Shown here: piece after piece, positions 1 through 12,467 of the stretch
Numbering within the stretch: position 1 is the first letter of the stretch
Layout: each line of letters starts with the position of its first letter
Assembly: GCA_965235115.1 (NCBI GenBank)
Contig: OZ249436.1
Coordinates: 46,068,001-46,132,000 of the forward strand
From: Laetmonice hystrix
Lineage: Eukaryota
DNA length: 64,000 bases
Direction: 5' to 3'
Made by a program: the position numbers and the translations under genes
Notes under the pieces: model-generated
Databases searched by the model: none
Told to the model about the DNA's origin: nothing
The model's input: the letters and a program-made list of their open reading frames with translations, nothing else

Positions 1-12
1 ATATACACTCAC

Positions 13-118
13 CTTTCAGAGTAGTGGTTGGAAATAAATGTCCCCCCCCCCATTCCAAGAAGCCATATGTTGAACATGACAACCGTGTCAAAATCACTGG
101 CTTCAGCGGCGCAGCCAT
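13..118 (-). CDS. Probable first coding exon of an unidentified gene continuing off the left edge
   Basis: ATG at 118 opens 35 stop-free codons (MAAPLKPVILTRLSCSTYGFLEWGGGHLFPTTTLK) ending at an AAG|GTGAGT donor (12-7). ETS motif CCGGAAGTG lies just upstream at 141-149. Product not recognisable. Confidence 0.5.
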
Positions 119-140
119 AATTTTGTTGCTATTGGGCTGG

Positions 141-1020
141 CCGGAAGTGACGTTTCGGGGCTAATCTATTGCATGCCGGGGCTAGGCTAGACTAGACTAA
201 AGTAAAGGCAGCCGAGGCGGGTCGGCAAAATCAACGGGGGTCAGTCCCACAGTCACAGTCACAACTAAAACAGGTCTGTGCTGAACTGACCACAGGAGTC
301 TGACACTGCCAGCACCCGCCCGCGGTCGGAGCCACGGGCAGGGCCCGGCCCAGTGGCCCTGCGGGCTCCGTCAACATCACCTCCGAGCGGGACGAATTGA
401 ATGCCGGCGGCCGAAACCCACGGCTGGAGCTTGCCCAGATCCGTGTCCACCCTGATATATCCCCTGACATCGGTAGGCTTAATTCCTAGCCATTCCTCAT
501 CACTATGGTCGATGGTTTCCGTCTGTGTTCTAACAAATTTTGCTTATATAAATAAGCTGTCAACGTTCGCTCAACGCAACAGGTGCGTCAGTTTTTCGTT
601 CCTCCCAAACTGGAGAGCAGTGGTTAGAGCATGCGCAATGTGAGATTAGCCCAAGGAGCAGACAGCTATGGCCGCCATCACCAGCGGAGCAGGTTCTAAG
701 CAGGCTCCGGCACTAAAGTGCTTATATCCTAACTATTTGAGCACCAATTGTGTTCAAATCTTTTTTAAATTGCTTAGAATATCACGGCATGTGTGCCTTG
801 CCTGTACACACTGGCGGTAGACGTTTCTTTTAACATATGATTTGCAAACCCATGCAAATCTCGTCACATTCTAATTATTTTGTTGACAAGACTGTCGAAG
901 CAAAAGGATTTCTTTGATATCGATGCCTAATAGGTTTAAATGGGCGGCTTCGACATATGACGTGAATGAAAGGTCATGTGACCAATGTTCAGCCAATGAC
1001 CAAAACTCTTGACCAATCAG
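141..1020. promoter_or_regulatory. CpG-rich promoter-like region
   Basis: CCGGAAGTG (141-149), GC-rich block 200-470, NRF1-like GCATGCGCA (~629-637) and three CCAAT boxes within 982-1017. Confidence 0.35.
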
Positions 1021-1228
1021 TAGGCTCGAGACATGTGGATGTTGATAGATCATGGTACTATGGCATCGTTTAAATGTCCACCAGTGTTCTAACGTACATA
1101 TTATATCTCTAAGGGAAGGTTCTCGCCTGATATGCATGCTCGAGCATATATCAGAGTATAAATTGCTCGAGCCGTCCCTCCGAGATGCACTATCTACGAA
1201 TCAGTAGTCTTCCTGGTCTGTAACCCGA

Positions 1229-1602
1229 ACAGTGCCACTGTCCGATAAGGTACAGTGCCACTGTCCGGTAAGGTACAGTGCCACTGTCCGACAAGGTACA
1301 GTGCCACTGTCCGATAAGGCACAGTGCCACTGTCCGATAAGGCACAGTGCCACTGTCCGATAAGGAACAGTGCCACTGTCCGGTAAGGTACAGTGCCACT
1401 GTCCGGTAAGGTACAGTGCCACTGTCCGGTAAGGTACAGTGCCACTGTCCGGTAAGGTACAGTGCCACTGTCCGATAAGGTACAGTGCCACTGTCCGATA
1501 AGGTACAGTGCCACTGTCCGGTAAGGTACAGTGCCACTGTCCGATAAGGTACAGTGCCACTGTCCGATAAGGTACAGTGCCACTGTCCGATAAGGAACAG
1601 TG
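1229..1602. repeat. Minisatellite, 23-bp unit, ~16 copies
   Basis: Unit ACAGTGCCACTGTCCG(A/G)TAAGGT with internal palindrome ACAGTG-C-CACTGT. No spacers. Confidence 0.95.
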
Positions 1603-2894
1603 GACGGAGCGATAAATCAAGATGTTCAAGATCTGTCGTTCTCAAAATATGGGTTCATCCGGTATACTGGAGAACTGACTGAACTGCTGTGCCAGTACAG
1701 TCCCCCACCCCCACGGAGCTGTGCAGTTTGCGTCATATACCTCTATCGGCTCTATCAACAAAGGCTAATTAAGGCTATTATCTTTGTGTGCATGGTAGAT
1801 GTAGGTTGGCAGATCGAATATGTTTATATGTGCATGCAGGTCAGCTATCATTGTAGGCGATGAAATAAATAATTATTGTTTCGGGTGCATCAGTCACGCG
1901 CATCATTGCAGAACAAAGTTGATCTGTAATTTCCAAAGGCAGCATCATTCCTCCTCCTTTTTACGTCTTTCATTTCCCTGTGTTCAGTCACTAATGAGAT
2001 GAAAGCATTGTCAAGATCCCTTACTTCAAAAAGGTCAAGAATTGTGGAATTTAGAAGAAAGAACGCGCACCTAAGCGTGTATATGACTTCTTTGTCGCAT
2101 ATATGATTTCACATAATATAAATAACACTATAAATATTCCCGTAGTTGCCCATTGAACACGTATTTCTTATATAGTTATTGTAATCAAATTATTTCATTA
2201 GTTCCATCCCTCCGGTGGATCCGTTGTGTGTGGAAATTGACCACCATTCATGCATAGATTTCACTCCACGGTCAATAGACAATTTTTATTTCTATTTTTT
2301 TACTCTGATTTATGTAAATAAAGGCCAAGGTTGGAGAGCATATTGAAATATAAAACGATAACTCACGGATATTTACAGCCTGGGGGTAGATGAAAGGGCT
2401 GCCCACGGCGCGGGTATTCTTGCAAGGAATCAAATTTCGGGTTGGTGTTGGTAGTGGAGCTGGTACCCAGGCGATACGGGGGGATACCCCTGAAGATGCG
2501 GTCATGAGTCCGGTGTGATGAACGAGTCCGGTTGGTGGCCCGGCGTGAGGCCATGATCTGTGATGGTGTCTCCCATAGTAAAAGGACTGATAGCAAACTA
2601 TACATGCTGGTCCACAGGGCATACACGTACATCTCGCGGAGATCCTCCGCGGCAGTACACACTGTCGCTAAAGTGAGTGTAAACAGGTAGATAATCCCAT
2701 AGATCCCAGTATCACGTCTTCCGTTAGAAGGAACAGAAACACGCGGTAGAAATGTGTGTCGTTCCTGGCACGGGACCCAATCGCAAACCGTTCGCTGCGA
2801 GCGTGGAAGTTGCAGCGTTGCGATAGCAAAGCGAGCGAATCGTTGAGCAAACTTGGTTGTGATAATAAGACGGCATATTCATGAACATATTGAA

Positions 2895-3899
2895 GCGTGT
2901 CAGGGCATCCGTGCCCGGTATATGACTGGATGTCTGCCGGTGGAGTGTGTCAGGGCATCCGTGCCCGGTATATGACTGGATGTCTGCCGGTGGAGTGTGT
3001 CAGGGCATCCGTGCCCGGTATATGACTGGATGTAGGCCGGTGGAGCGTGTCAGGGCATCCGTGCCCGGTATATGACTGGATGTCTGCCGGTGGAGTGTGT
3101 CAGGGCATCCGTGCCCGGTATATGACTGGATGTCTGCCGGTGGAGTGTGTCAGGGCATCCGTGCCCGGTATATGACTGGATGTCTGCCGGTGGAGTGTGT
3201 CAGGGCATCCGTGCCCGGTATATGACTGGATGTCTGCCGGTGGAGCGTGTCAGGGCATCCGTGCCCGGTATATGACTGGATGTCTGCCGGTGGAGTGTGT
3301 CAGGGCATCCGTGCCCGGTATATGACGGGATGTAGACCGGTGGAGTGTGTCAGGGCATCCGTGCCCGGTATATGACTGGATGTATGCCGGTGGAGCGTGT
3401 CAGGGCATCCGTGCCCGGTATATGACTGGATGTCTGCCGGTGGAGCGTGTCAGGGCATCCGTGCCCGGTATATGACTGGATGTGTGCCGGTGGAGCGTGT
3501 CAGGGCATCCGTGCCCGGTATATCACTGGATGTATGCCGGTGGAGCGTGTCAGGGCATCCGTGCCCGGTATATGACGGGATGTAGACCGGTGGAGCGTGT
3601 CAGGGCATCCGTGCCCGGTATATGACTGGATGTGTGCCGGTGGAGCGTGTCAGGGCATCCGTGCCCGGTATATCACTGGATGTATGCCGGTGGAGCGTGT
3701 CAGGGCATCCGTGCCCGGTATATGACTGGATGTAGGCCGGTGGAGCGTGTCAGGGCATCCGTGCCCGGTATATGACGGGATGTGTGCCGGTGGAGTGTGT
3801 CAGGGCATCCGTGCCCGGTATATGACGGGATGTAGACCGGTGGAGCGTGTCAGGGCATCCGTGCCCGGTATATGACTGGATGTAGGCCGGTGGAGCGTG
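2895..3899. repeat. Minisatellite, 50-bp unit, ~20 copies
   Basis: CAGGGCATCC recurs at 2901, 2951, 3001 and onward with an exact 50-bp period. Confidence 0.95.
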
Positions 3900-4000
3900 C
3901 AGACATACCCGGCACCACTGATCTCCGGCCCACCACCCACCGCCCACCGCTACACACCCACCTCGGAGTCACGTGCCGAACCAAGCGGCACGAGACGATC

Positions 4001-4535
4001 TCCTCCAGGGTGGATCACCCCTCCAGGCGGGTTGTGGATCACTCCTCCAGGCGGGTTGTGGATCACTCCTCCAGGCGGGTCGTGGATCACTCCTCCAGGC
4101 GGGTCGTGGATCACTCCTCCAGGCGGGTTGTGGATCACTCCTCCAGGCGGGTTGTGGATCACTCCTCCAGGCGGGTTGTGGATCACTCCTCCAGGCGGGT
4201 CGTGGATCACTCCTCCAGGCGGGTTGTGGATCACTCCTCCAGGCGGGTTGTGGATCACTCCTCCAGGCGGGTTGTGGATCACTCCTCCAGGCGGGTTGTG
4301 GATCTCTTCTCCAGGCGGGTTGTGGATCACTCCTCCAGGCGGGTTGTGGATCTCTTCTCCAGGCGGGTTGTGGATCACTCCTCCAGGCGGGTTGTGGATC
4401 ACTTCTCCAGGCGGGTTGTGGATCACTCCTCCAGGCGGGTTGTGGATCACTCCTCCAGGCGGGTTGTGGATCACTCCTCCAGGCGGATTGTGAATCACTC
4501 CTCCAGGCGGGTTGTGGATCAGTTCTCCAGGCGGG
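4001..4535. repeat. Minisatellite, 24-bp unit, ~22 copies
   Basis: Unit CTCCAGGCGGGTTGTGGATCACTC. Confidence 0.95.
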
Positions 4536-6633
4536 ACGGTGCGACTACTCCCTCCACGGTACCCGGCCTCCTCGCTCGGCGGGGCCCCAGAGCTTACCTG
4601 GTAATGTTGTACGGTCCATCACAGGACCACATTCAAACCTGTAAGTCCACACGTAGCTCCCGGCGACACAAAGCCTTGATCTATACACATCTCTAGCTGT
4701 GCTCGTATAGCACAGTTATCTCTACGTGCGCCACAGGCGGCCAATCTCACACACACACGACTGTGTGACAGAAACGTAAACTCACTCTGTGAGCCGCACG
4801 TGGTCTCTCACCGTCCCAGTACAGCCACTGATCGCTGTAGATCTGGATATACCTCAGGCTCCCCGGAGTAATCTAATACCATTATCCTCTTGGCCATACA
4901 CAGCCAAGGAAAAAAACCTGATCAGATCGACCACTTGCTGAACGTATGTGCGTCATAATGTCATGGCACGTATCACAGAACTGTGGCTTGTTCTTTTGTT
5001 GTAAATAAATGGGCTCTGCGCGGTTGGTCAGTCTGTCCCTGCTGCGCTGCGTGCCAATCGATGATCGAGTCTGGCGACTTAAGGCACGCTTTCCCACGGC
5101 CGTGTCGACCAGAAGCGGGCAAGTATCTGTGTTCCGCTGATTCGACACCCCACATTCCGTGGAATTACCCCTCGTTGAAGGCGACCACTTCAGCAGGGAG
5201 CCACATTCCGACCAGGGACGGCGTGACATCAAAGCTCCGGGACAGTCTGAGTCAGACCGTGGGAACTGATGTGGACATTCTCTGGTTTGGTGCCATGGGG
5301 GGAGGTCATCATTACAGGTCATCAACTGCCTCTACTATTCCTACAATTCTCCACCTTGCCCTGCACGGAGGTGCCGCTTTTACCCACTAGAATTGCCTAT
5401 TTTGTCTTTCGTAAAGTTCTACTTGCACAGCGTTAACCCCCTTAACACATAAAGTACATTTACCCCGCGCCGTAAGCTGCGTGGTCACTTAAGGTGATAA
5501 ATCCTCATCTATCCTTACCCTTGTCCTCTGTCTATGCTTGAAAAAGTTCATTTTTCCTTCCCTTTTCCGTTTCACGGGCATTTAATGGCATTTGCTTCGC
5601 TGACTGATGAAAAAAGGAGAGGGTCGCGCCTGCCATATCTCCGCTATCTTTGTATATAACATATCACATACTCCAAGTGTGCCCAATCTTGGTGTTGTAC
5701 CCAGGAGTGGATCTGAGTCACCTTCATTACTTTCTCCACTTACTTTCTAATCTAGTTTCCGGCGTTGACCTTGCTGGACTCCCTTTCTGTTCTGTCTGAC
5801 CCCTCAATATTTCATTTACCAGGACCTCCCCACGGCCCCACTGTCCATGCCTGCATGTACTTCGCGGGGGGATATAGTCCGTATATTTCCCACGGGTGTA
5901 CGTGTGGCGGGCACAGGGTGTCACCCCCTGCCCCTCATCGTCTAACAATGCCTGATCCCAGTCTCTGGTCATGTGCCCCTCCCCACCCCGTCTGAGGGTT
6001 TTACCAGACCTCGCCCAGACCCCAGAACATCTGAGGCTACTGTGACAGTAGAAGGTACTACTGTGCGCAATCTCACCCCAAAGACCGGCTTTAATTTGTG
6101 GGCCACAGTCTGCTGCCGCCGCTCCTTCTGTCTCACCAGTTCTTCCGCTCCAGTAGAAACGTCATTTATGTCTCCGTGTGACCAAATTACCCGGACTGGG
6201 ATCGTCTGCTGACTGATCGCTGTCGTTAGAATCATTGTTTCAACGCCGAGCTATGGTGGCAGAGAGTGCGCATGTCTGTAAGGACGTAACGTTATCTCAC
6301 GACGTCAAACTGGCCGCTAAGATTAAATATAGGCGCCAGTGCAATCTGTAGCGTCAACAGCGTCAACCATCAAATACACTGGAGTATTTTCCTAATACCC
6401 GCTCAATAGTCGACTGAATTGAGCGTTCGCCGCTAGGGGGATGTATGAACACCGGTGACGTCACACAAGGAGGCTGGTGTAAGGAAGGGTTGTGTCACCC
6501 TAGAGAATCCACCGCTATTCTCCAAATGTTGTATGCAGTTGGCAAGCCATTGTTTAATGCACGGCAGACTCAGGCTGACAGTACCCCATGTTGGCGAGGA
6601 GAGAAGATTTGGCGGGGTGATCTATGTCCTGCT

Positions 6634-7735
6634 GTGTCACTGACTTGTGTACGGTCACATTAGACCGGCTCCAGCAATCTGAAGACAATGAATTCCAGGG
6701 AGGTTGTTGATGGTTACAGCTCCCCTCCCTCAGACATAAACTACTGTGTCACTAACTTGTGTACGGTCACAGACCGGCTCCAGCAATCTGAAGACACTGC
6801 ATTCCAGGGAGGTTGTTGATGGTTACAGCTCCCGCTCATCCAGACATAAACTACTGTGTCATTGACTTGTGTACGGTCACACTAGACCGGCTCCAGCAAT
6901 CTGAAGACAATGAATTCCAGGGAGGTTGTTGATGGTTACAGCTCCCCTCCCTCAGACATAAACTACTGTGTCATTGACTTGTGTACGGTCACAGACCGGC
7001 TCCAGCAATCTGAAGACAATGAATTCCAGGGAGGTTGTTGATGGTTACAGCTCTCCCTCATCCAGACATAAACTACTGTGTCATTGACTTGTGTACGGTC
7101 ACAGACCGGCTCCAGCAATCTGAAGACAATGAATTCCAGGGAGGTTGTTGATGGTTACAGCTCTCCTCCCCCAGACATAAACTACTGTGTCATTGACTTG
7201 TGTACGGTCACAGACCGGCTCCAGCAATCTGAAGACAATAAATTCCAGGGAGGTTGTTGATGGTTACAGCTCTCCCTCATCCAGACATAAACTACTGTGT
7301 CATTGACTTGTGTACGGTCACAGACCGGCTCCAGCAATCTGAAGACAATGAATTCCAGGGAGGTTGTTGATGGTTACAGCTCTCCTCCCCCAGACATAAA
7401 CTACTGTGTCATTGACTTGTGTACGGTCACAGACCGGCTCCAGCAATCTGAAGACAATAAATTCCAGGGAGGTTGTTGGTGGTTACAGCTCTCGCTCATT
7501 CAGACATAAACTACTGTGTCACTGACTTGTGTACGGTCACAGACCGGCTCCAGCAATCTGAAGACAATGAATTCCAGGGAGGTTGTTGATGGTTACAGCT
7601 CTCGCTCATTCAGACATAAACTACTGTGTCACTGACTTGTGTACGGTCACAGACCGGCTCCAGCAATCTGAAGACAATGAATTCCAGGGAGGTTGTTGAT
7701 GGTTACAGCTCTCGCTCATTCCGACATAAACTACC
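6634..7735. repeat. Tandem repeat, ~110-bp unit, ~10 copies
   Basis: CTACTGTGTC recurs at ~6741, 6851, 6963, 7073, 7182, 7292, 7401, 7511 and 7621. Confidence 0.95.
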
Positions 7736-7885
7736 CCCACGCCACAGAGTCTTGCAGGTCTTGTTTGGATTTGGAAATTAAAAAATGTTTTGCATGGCCC
7801 CCATCCTGTCCCTTCCCCTGTAGACCACGCCCTAAAAGGGTTCACTCTATATCAGATTCAATAAAGTATCAGTCCGCCAACATTA

Positions 7886-8355
7886 TGCCCGGCGCACACT
7901 ACACGATTTTTAGTCGGGGATCTGCCATCTGAGCGAACGGCGACAATTTGCGACTGATAGTCGTGTAGTGTACGTTGAATCCATGAAAAGATCAGACGAG
8001 TTACGACGAGTTTCGAGTCGGCGACCGGGAGTCGTATCTGATTCAAAAAATGAATCGGGCCCAACAACTGTCGTGTAGTGTGCGCCACTTTGACGATGGT
8101 AGTTGTCAGTGTTCGCGCGTCTGTAATACTTGGTCCAATCACACCACAGGAATGTTGTCAGGTGACGTGGTTCTAGCATTCAAGACTAGGGATCGGAGCG
8201 GTGCGCTGGTGAGTTGCCGACAGTTCAGTCGCAAGTGTGCACGTCTCTCGTCCTAGAAATCGTGCAGTGTGCGCGTGTCAGGTTTTAATTGGAAATCGGG
8301 GAAAATAGCATCTCCACTGTCGCGTCTTAGCAAGTCGCGTAATGTGTGCCGGACA
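7886..8355. mobile_element. PIF/Harbinger-like MITE
   Basis: Imperfect terminal inverted repeats (TIRs) TGCCCGGCGCACACTACACGA / TCGCGTAATGTGTGCCGGACA, flanked by TTA on both sides (7883-7885, 8356-8358). Confidence 0.7.
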
Positions 8356-8869
8356 TTACACACATCGTTCCGCCATACCCTTTCTATGATTCCTATTTTA
8401 TCAAACACTGTATTGATAGCCGCGCGATACACAGGTTTAATACGATTCAAATAGCCATTTATCTTGGCGCATTTATAGTGGTTGTGATCGAGTCACGAGG
8501 AAAAAAATCCTTTTTATAACTAATCGAATTGCATGCCAAGTACCAACGATCTTTTATCTCAAATATGCAGCGTCCCAAACTCAGATTGTTCACCAGCAGG
8601 TCCATGGATCAATGTGAAATGGCATATGCAGGAATTTCAGAAAGAATGGAGAAACTGCACAATTAAGGCTTCTGTTTTATAAAATAACAATATTCATATA
8701 AAAGGTGAAAGGCACATAATGCATACTGGCTTTCAATGAAGATTACTTCTTGCTTCCACCATCGTCCGGCATAAACTCTCAAGTAGGCTATATGTGGACA
8801 CCAATCTTCGTTGGAGAATCAAGATGAAAAATGGTCCTTATCACAAACACAGGCCCTCGACTCCCTGTA

Positions 8870-9133
8870 GGCCGGTGTGACAGGAATGTAGGTCCCCCTG
8901 AAATGCAGGTCTGACGGACCTGCATTCCTAGGAATTGAAGTCCGTGATGTTGTATTATTGAAATATTGTTTTATAGTCCTATCCCTAGTCCCAACCTTAA
9001 CCCTAATTCATTTGTATTTTCTTAATTATATTGTCTTATACCACGAATTGATGACCTAGGACCTGCATAACTAAGGAATCCAGGTCCGGCGGACCTCTAT
9101 ACCGGCGGACTCACATTCCGTTCACACCTGGCC
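8870..9133. mobile_element. MITE-like foldback element
   Basis: Imperfect inverted ends GGCCGGTGTGACAGGAATGTAGGTCC / GGACTCACATTCCGTTCACACCTGGCC with internal GGACCTGCAT/GCAGGTC subrepeats. Confidence 0.55.
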
Positions 9134-10508
9134 TGTCACCTCTGAATTTGAATCCAGTCTGTGTCGTATTCGAGACCCCATCGCAGTCCAACACATTCCC
9201 AACAATCCTACAAATAAAGAAAGGTTCAAAGGATACCCTACATCAATTGAAATGTGAAATCTTTAGTAGTGACCTTTTAAAAGATATGGATGTTTTACAG
9301 TAGAGCATTAGTTAGTTTCTCTCCTTATTTAGGACACCACTCCCATTTATGTCAACTAAAATTCTTTGATCGGTCGTAAATACCTATTTGTGACAATCAT
9401 TCTCCATTGTTGAGCTGAAAGAATCCCCTTAAATCAATAGTTGTTGTCATAACCCTGGCCCAGCGCTGGGGCGGGCCTAGTAGTATAAATAAATGGGACT
9501 TTGTATCGGGTGATAGTATCTCACATGGATCCACCCTCCCTCCGACACAGCTTGGCGTTTATCCCGCCCTGGGACGCTATAGGTTGAAGGTTATTGGAAG
9601 AAATATGATGGAGCGACAGGAGGTCAGAACGGCTGGTTGACGGTCGGTTTGGTGGCTGAAACCTTGGTAAACCAGTGGATCATCCCGTGTTGGTGGGGGT
9701 GGGGGGTGTACCCCATTGTGACATTCATAGAAGTCAGAGGTTCACATTGGTAATAATACCCCAGGGTTCTGTGCTCGCCCCTCTTCTAACTGATATATAG
9801 CATGACCTTTCGGTCTCAGAATAATTCTTGTCGAGCATCAAATTTATCACCCGCGATGTCCACCTTGTAGAGAAAATTAACAGACCAAAATATGAACGGG
9901 TTACCACCGGAACTTCAATCAATAAAGAAAGAGGTGCGCCCTGGGAAGTTCAACAATTATGACTATAATCTGTTTTTGTAAATGGTTAGAACCAGGTTCC
10001 CTACTTTAGATATGTCATCCTCCATTGAAATCATCAAAGGCAAGTCACGTTTCGACCTAAATTACTGGTTTAGCATCATAGTCATGGACAAAGGACAAGA
10101 CACTGTCGCTCATAAAACGGCCGTGCACACTCAGTAATTATGTTTCTTAACTATAAAATCAATTCAATTCCTGACCGGTGGGTCACAATAAAAACATACA
10201 GTGTAGTCTAAGGTTCTGCCAGAAATTTCCCACGAGTCGGGAAATGTATACTTTGCGGTTCACGCTCCGTGTAAGACAGTTAGGGGGCAATACGTACAAA
10301 TCACTGCTATTCGGCAGCCCTTGGGAAATACCCGACCGTGTTACTATCCCCATCCGCTGCGAACGCTGGTTGGGGTGACACAGACGTTTGGACCCCACCC
10401 CCCACCCCAGCCCCCACCCCCCACCCCACTCCACCCACTGGTTCCCTACTGGGGCTAGACGGGAAAATCAGGGCCAGACCTAATTAAAGCCTCTCGTTTG
10501 GTTACCAT

Positions 10509-11185
10509 TGGTCGGTATCAGTCTGAGAACCCTCACTCATTGCCGCCACTAACCGGCTTACACACGTTTATCCCGACAGTGTGGTCGGTATCAGTCTGAG
10601 AACCCTCACTCATTGCCGCCACTAACCGGCTTACACACGTTTATCCCGACAGTGTCAGTGGTCGGTATCAGTCTGAGAACCCTCACTCATTGCCGCCACT
10701 AACCGGCTTACACACGTTTATCCAGACAGTGTGGTCGGTATCAGTCTGAGAACACTCACTCATTGCCGCCACTAACCGGCTTACACACGTTTATCCCGAC
10801 AGTGTCTGTGGTCGGTATCAGTCTGAGAACCCTCACTCATTGCCGCCACTAACCGGCTTACATACGTTTATCCCGACAGTGTCAGTGGTCGGTATCAGTC
10901 TGAGAACGCTCACTCATTGCCGCCACTAACCGGCTTACACACGTTTATCCCGACAGTGTGGTCGGTATCAGTCTGAGAACCCTCACTCATTGCCGCCACT
11001 AACCGGCTTACACACGTTTATCCCGACAGTGTCAGTGGTCGGTATCAGTCTGAGAACACTCACTCATTGCCGCCACTAACCGGCTTACACACGTTTATCC
11101 CGACAGTGTGGTCGGTATCAGTCTGAGAACCCTCACTCATTGCCGCCACTAACCGGCTTACACACGTTTATCCCGACAGTGTCTG
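10509..11185. repeat. Tandem repeat, 73-77-bp unit, ~9 copies
   Basis: Unit GGTCGGTATCAGTCTGAGAACCCTCACTCATTGCCGCCACTAACCGGCTTACACACGTTTATCCCGACAGTGT(CAGT). Confidence 0.95.
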
Positions 11186-11789
11186 TATTATGAATAGCTA
11201 TGACGTCATGGACGAGTCGTGACGGGACTACATTATCAGGCGGAAGATTTCTGGTTTTGCTGTCAGTGAGATGTGTGCTCAGTCCATGCGATAAGCCCGA
11301 ACGTTACACAATTTGAGGTTACGACCGAGTGTGCGCAGTCCATGCGATGAGCCCGAACGTTACACAATTTGAGGTTACGACCGAGAAAGTATTCAAGAAT
11401 GTTCAGAGTTTTACGTAGATGATCTACAATTGCTCCGACTTACACACCGGACATTATATTAATACAGTACAGAGTATAGAATTACGTCAACAATAGTGTT
11501 TTCTCTCCTACAAAAATAATGCACTGTCTAAATTTTGAAAGAAGTCGCGACGAGTGCCACTTTAAGGACTCTCCCTCCCAGAAATGCTACAGAAAATATA
11601 ACGGTTGTAGTTGTTCTTTAGTTGTACAAAAGTAGTAGCATTGTTAAAAGTATGACGTCTTCTACACCCCCACTGCCAGGTCTACAGGTGTTTAATCTTT
11701 TAATACCAGATTATCCACATTATTAGGATCATACCCTCTCATACCATAACACTTTACCATGCTGGAAAAGGATGGCTCTCTCTATACAA

Positions 11790-12467
11790 ACTGACCAGTG
11801 GATACACAGCCAGACGTGTGCTCCGTTAAAATGGACTGACCAGTGGATACACAGCAAGTGTCCTCCGTTAACATGGACTGACCAGTGGATACACAGCAAG
11901 TGTCCTCCGTTAACGTGGACTGACCAGTGGATACACAGCAAGTGTCCTCCGTTAAAATGGACTGACCAGTGGATACACAGCAAGTGTCCTCCGTTAACAT
12001 GGACTGACCAGTGGATACACAGCAAGTGTCCTCCGTTAACATGGACTGACCAGTGGATACACAGCAAGTGTCCTCCGTTAAAATGGACTGACCAGTGGAT
12101 ACACAGCAAGTGTCCTCCGTTAACGTGGACTGACCAGTGGATCCACAGCAAGTGTCCTCCGTTAACATGGACTGACCAGTGGATACACAGCAAGTGTCCT
12201 CCGTTAACGTGGACTGACCAGTGGATACACAGCAAGTGTCCTCTGTTAACGTGGACTGACCAGTGGATACACAGCAAGTGTCCTCCGTTAACGTGGACTG
12301 ACCAGTGGATACACAGCAAGCGTCCTCCGTTAACGTGGACTGACCAGTGGATACACAGCAAGTGTCCTCCGTTAACGTGGACTGACCAGTGGATACACAG
12401 CAAGTGTCCTCCGTTAACGTGGACTGACCAGTGGATACACAGCAAGTGTCCTCCGTTAACGTGGACT
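11790..12467. repeat. Minisatellite, 42-bp unit, ~16 copies
   Basis: Unit ACTGACCAGTGGATACACAGCAAGTGTCCTCCGTTAACGTGG. Confidence 0.95.

Noticed and set aside
231..643. Short ORFs in the GC-rich left-end region
   Set aside because: No homology recognised. More consistent with promoter or UTR sequence.
1229..1602. Palindromic 23-bp repeats resembling a CRISPR array
   Set aside because: No unique spacers, no cas genes, and a eukaryotic context.
3872..4696. Repetitive ORFs (SSRRVVDH etc.)
   Set aside because: A 24-bp repeat open in multiple frames on both strands.
4882..6235. Cluster of 60-147 aa non-repetitive ORFs
   Set aside because: No recognisable motifs and no consistent splice chain could be built.
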